A DNA stretch of 63,667 nucleotides, counting the filler, from Reticulomyxa filosa (lineage: Eukaryota; Protista; Foraminifera), in NCBI GenBank assembly GCA_000512085.1. It is 25 parts of 25 records of this genome, joined end to end, with 100 filler letters (N's around TTAATTAATTAA, not from the genome) between each part and the next. Parts side by side here need not be neighbours in the genome. Positions count along the whole stretch, not along the records: positions 61,403 to 62,567 come from ASPP01001180.1; positions 62,668 to 63,667 come from ASPP01049566.1; 23 more parts are not named here. One strand, written 5' to 3'. How positions within the stretch are numbered: the stretch's first letter is position 1; the number at the start of each line of letters is the position of its first letter. Position numbers and translations under genes: made by a program. Of this stretch, positions 61,403-63,667 are shown piece by piece. Under the pieces are notes generated by a model, which saw nothing but the letters and a program-made list of their open reading frames with translations, had not been told where the DNA came from and did no database searches.

Positions 61403-61991
61403 TCCTCCTCTCAACAAATGCAATATCATACCTATTGGGACATGGTAATGGAAACAATAGATGCTTCAGCACAAAGAAAAATGCATGTACGAATTGGAAA
61501 ATGAAAATTCACATTACAAACATTACGCCACGATTTTGAAACAAAATTTCGAGGGCTTGAAAAGTAATAACGTGCAACTGCTTCAATTGTTACAAAATGT
61601 TGAAGGTGAATTTGTCACCAAAGTAAATCACAAACCTACTGCTTTGTACAATCGCAATTATTCGCAGGAATTTGATCCTAACAAATTTACGATAGACAAA
61701 TTCATCGACTCTTCTTCTTCTTCACGTGCTCCTCTGAGTCCTAGTACCGACAAAACACACTCTAATTTCGATTTGAATGTTCCCAATCGTGACAGGAAAG
61801 AAAAACTCAAAGAGAGACTTAATAGCGTCAACAAGAGTATTAATAACCTGAATGTAATGTTTGATGACAATGCATCAACTTATGAAAATCCAATTGATGG
61901 AGACAATGCTCGTCATTGTGCTAGTGTTTCTTCAAGAAATTTGAGCCAAAATCCAAATAATAAATCCATCAAAAAACTTACAAGTCTGTAA
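61403..61991 (+). CDS. 3' end of a hypothetical coiled-coil protein
   Basis: 176-aa ORF; no recognised motif. Confidence 0.45.
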
Positions 61992-62450
61992 CACATGCAA
62001 TTCGAGAGGACAAGCAAAATTTTTTCTAGATAAAGATAATAAACCTCTTCTTTTGTGCAATTTTAGTTTTTTCTTTTTTGTTTTCTTGAGTTGTCTATCT
62101 TTTGTGTTGTCTTTGTTTTGCTTTCTATAATCTTTTTTTTTAGTTTTTTTGTTGTAACATCCACATCCTAATTTGAAAAGTTTTTAATTTGAATATTATC
62201 AAAAAATAAGCTCTTTTGTTTTTTATAACTACTGATAAATTTTAGTCTCCTTCGTCAAAGACTACAGTTGCGGTCAAAAGTGTTCAGATGTTGCGAATTT
62301 TCTGAAGTTTTTTATTTAAATGCAAATATCTCCATAACGAAAAAAGATAATTTTTTGAAAATTTATAGTAGTCGTATCTTACATTTATACTCTAGAAATA
62401 TGCAATTTTTTGATTTTTCAGATTGATAATTTATAATCTATTTAATGTTC

Positions 62451-62567
62451 TTTTTTAGAAGAATAGTTATAGGACCCCGCACCAAAGTGACATAGCCCAA
62501 CCATAAAAAACGTAAATAAATTAAAAAGGTTGTTAAACGGACAAATTATGACACCAAATTGAACACT
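62451..62567 (-). repeat. Dispersed repeat copy 2 (see 14566-14686)
   Basis: Direct sequence match; runs into the contig end. Confidence 0.75.
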
Positions 62568-62669
62568 NNNNNNNNNNNNNNNNNNNNNNNNNNNNNNNNN
62601 NNNNNNNNNNNTTAATTAATTAANNNNNNNNNNNNNNNNNNNNNNNNNNNNNNNNNNNNNNNNNNNNCT

Positions 62670-63667
62670 ATCAAAGAAATTAACGACAGAAATGAGTTAT
62701 TAAAGATTGTCAACACAATCACTAATAAATTTATTGAAAACAACGAAAAGGGGAATACTGAACCAATAACCTATAAAGAAAAAATTGAAGACATTATTCG
62801 ACTTGCTCAGAAGGATGCAACAAAGCGCAGTAATGTGGTCAAAAATATCCAAACTGAAGGTGATACTTGTTCCTCATATGTGCTCGACGAGTTTGACGAA
62901 CGAATAGAGGATGCTTCCTATCCAGAGGATATCAAAGAAGAACATAAAAAAATGCTGGAGCGAAGGATAATGTCAATTCGAGAGCAAGGAATTGAAGATT
63001 TGAAATACAAATCCAATGCTTTGATAGCAAAGGAGACAATTGGAGATCACATAAATCGACTTAATCATTGGATATTGGCTAAGCTAAGAGAGTTTGAAAA
63101 GCAGTTGAAAAACAAAACTTTGCCACAAGGCGATGCAATCGAAGCAATCACAAAAGAATTTAGTGAAGAGTTTAAGAAAGTGCAAATTGAATTGAAAAAG
63201 AAATTGCAAGAATCGAAAAAAACTCCTGATCAATGTATTACAAACACATTTGAGATATTGTCGACGATATGTCAAGGACAAAAAATGACGGAAAGACTTT
63301 TGGATTCGAAAGTTTTGAACGAAATATATAATTCACCAAATCCCAGAGATCTACACATATTTGAAATGAATGCAAAAGGGAAAGATCAAGAAATAATTCT
63401 GGACACAATGAAAAAATTGGTAATACTTGATTCAGAATTTGTTCGCAAAAGAAACACTGATTTTGAACAAATGCTGAAGGATTCAGAAAAGCAAAAACGA
63501 ACACATGCATTGAAAGTATTTGGTATATTACAATTAAAACTTCAAGAGATGACAGATTTTGGTGAAAATAAATTAGATATCAATATGATTAAGCCTTTGG
63601 TGGATAAAATTCAATTTTTTATTGATACAATTGAAAAAGACATAAATCGGTCAAATAACTACTCGTT
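62670..63667 (+). CDS. Internal fragment (about 332 codons, no stop) of a large alpha-helical protein; absent from the ORF track
   Basis: Manual translation IKEINDRNELLKIV...DINRSNNYS is open across the whole contig. Confidence 0.8.
   Translation, partial: MKEINDRNELLKIVNTITNKFIENNEKGNTEPITYKEKIEDIIRLAQKDATKRSNVVKNIQTEGDTCSSYVLDEFDERIEDASYPEDIKEEHKKMLERRIMSIREQGIEDLKYKSNALIAKETIGDHINRLNHWILAKLREFEKQLKNKTLPQGDAIEAITKEFSEEFKKVQIELKKKLQESKKTPDQCITNTFEILSTICQGQKMTERLLDSKVLNEIYNSPNPRDLHIFEMNAKGKDQEIILDTMKKLVILDSEFVRKRNTDFEQMLKDSEKQKRTHALKVFGILQLKLQEMTDFGENKLDINMIKPLVDKIQFFIDTIEKDINRSNNYS

Noticed and set aside
4279-62667. Regularly recurring TTAATTAATTAA as a CRISPR-like or biological repeat
   Set aside because: Always embedded in fixed N-runs; it is an assembly concatenation linker
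1-63667. tRNA, rRNA, CRISPR arrays, telomere repeats
   Set aside because: None recognised by eye; a covariance-model search was not run

Overview
This window is not one locus. It is 25 short contigs joined by 24 artificial 100-bp spacers (44 N + TTAATTAATTAA + 44 N), so adjacency across a spacer means nothing. 24 contigs are AT-rich, intron-containing eukaryotic DNA. The RING/TRAF, WD40 and SAM-U-box gene families and the heavy pseudogenisation point to the foraminiferan Reticulomyxa filosa or a close relative (inference from recognition, not a search). One contig (31027-32193) is GC-rich bacterial DNA: a double-HTH GntR regulator divergent from an LLM-class monooxygenase, with two matching operators. 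Recognisable genes: pirin, a hormone-sensitive-lipase-family esterase, FBPase, mago nashi, an SLC12 cotransporter C-terminus, a CAMK-group kinase, a probable poly(A) polymerase C-terminal half, a probable SPT3, and SPRY-, PDZ-, PPR- and CCDC191-like genes. There are also decayed copies of MATE, ABC1 kinase (x2), BRCT, MRH, RING and WD40 genes. The most interesting signals concern mobile elements. (i) A non-LTR retroelement ORF1 region carries a domain I do not recognise, and it recurs on an unrelated contig. (ii) A dispersed repeat ends in a stem-loop with compensatory changes plus oligo(A). (iii) There are Tc1/pogo-like and Helitron-like termini. (iv) A hammerhead-like fold lies upstream of an orphan ORF. 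Splice signals are also unusual (GTT donors, A-rich acceptors). All family calls are by eye; no searches were run.
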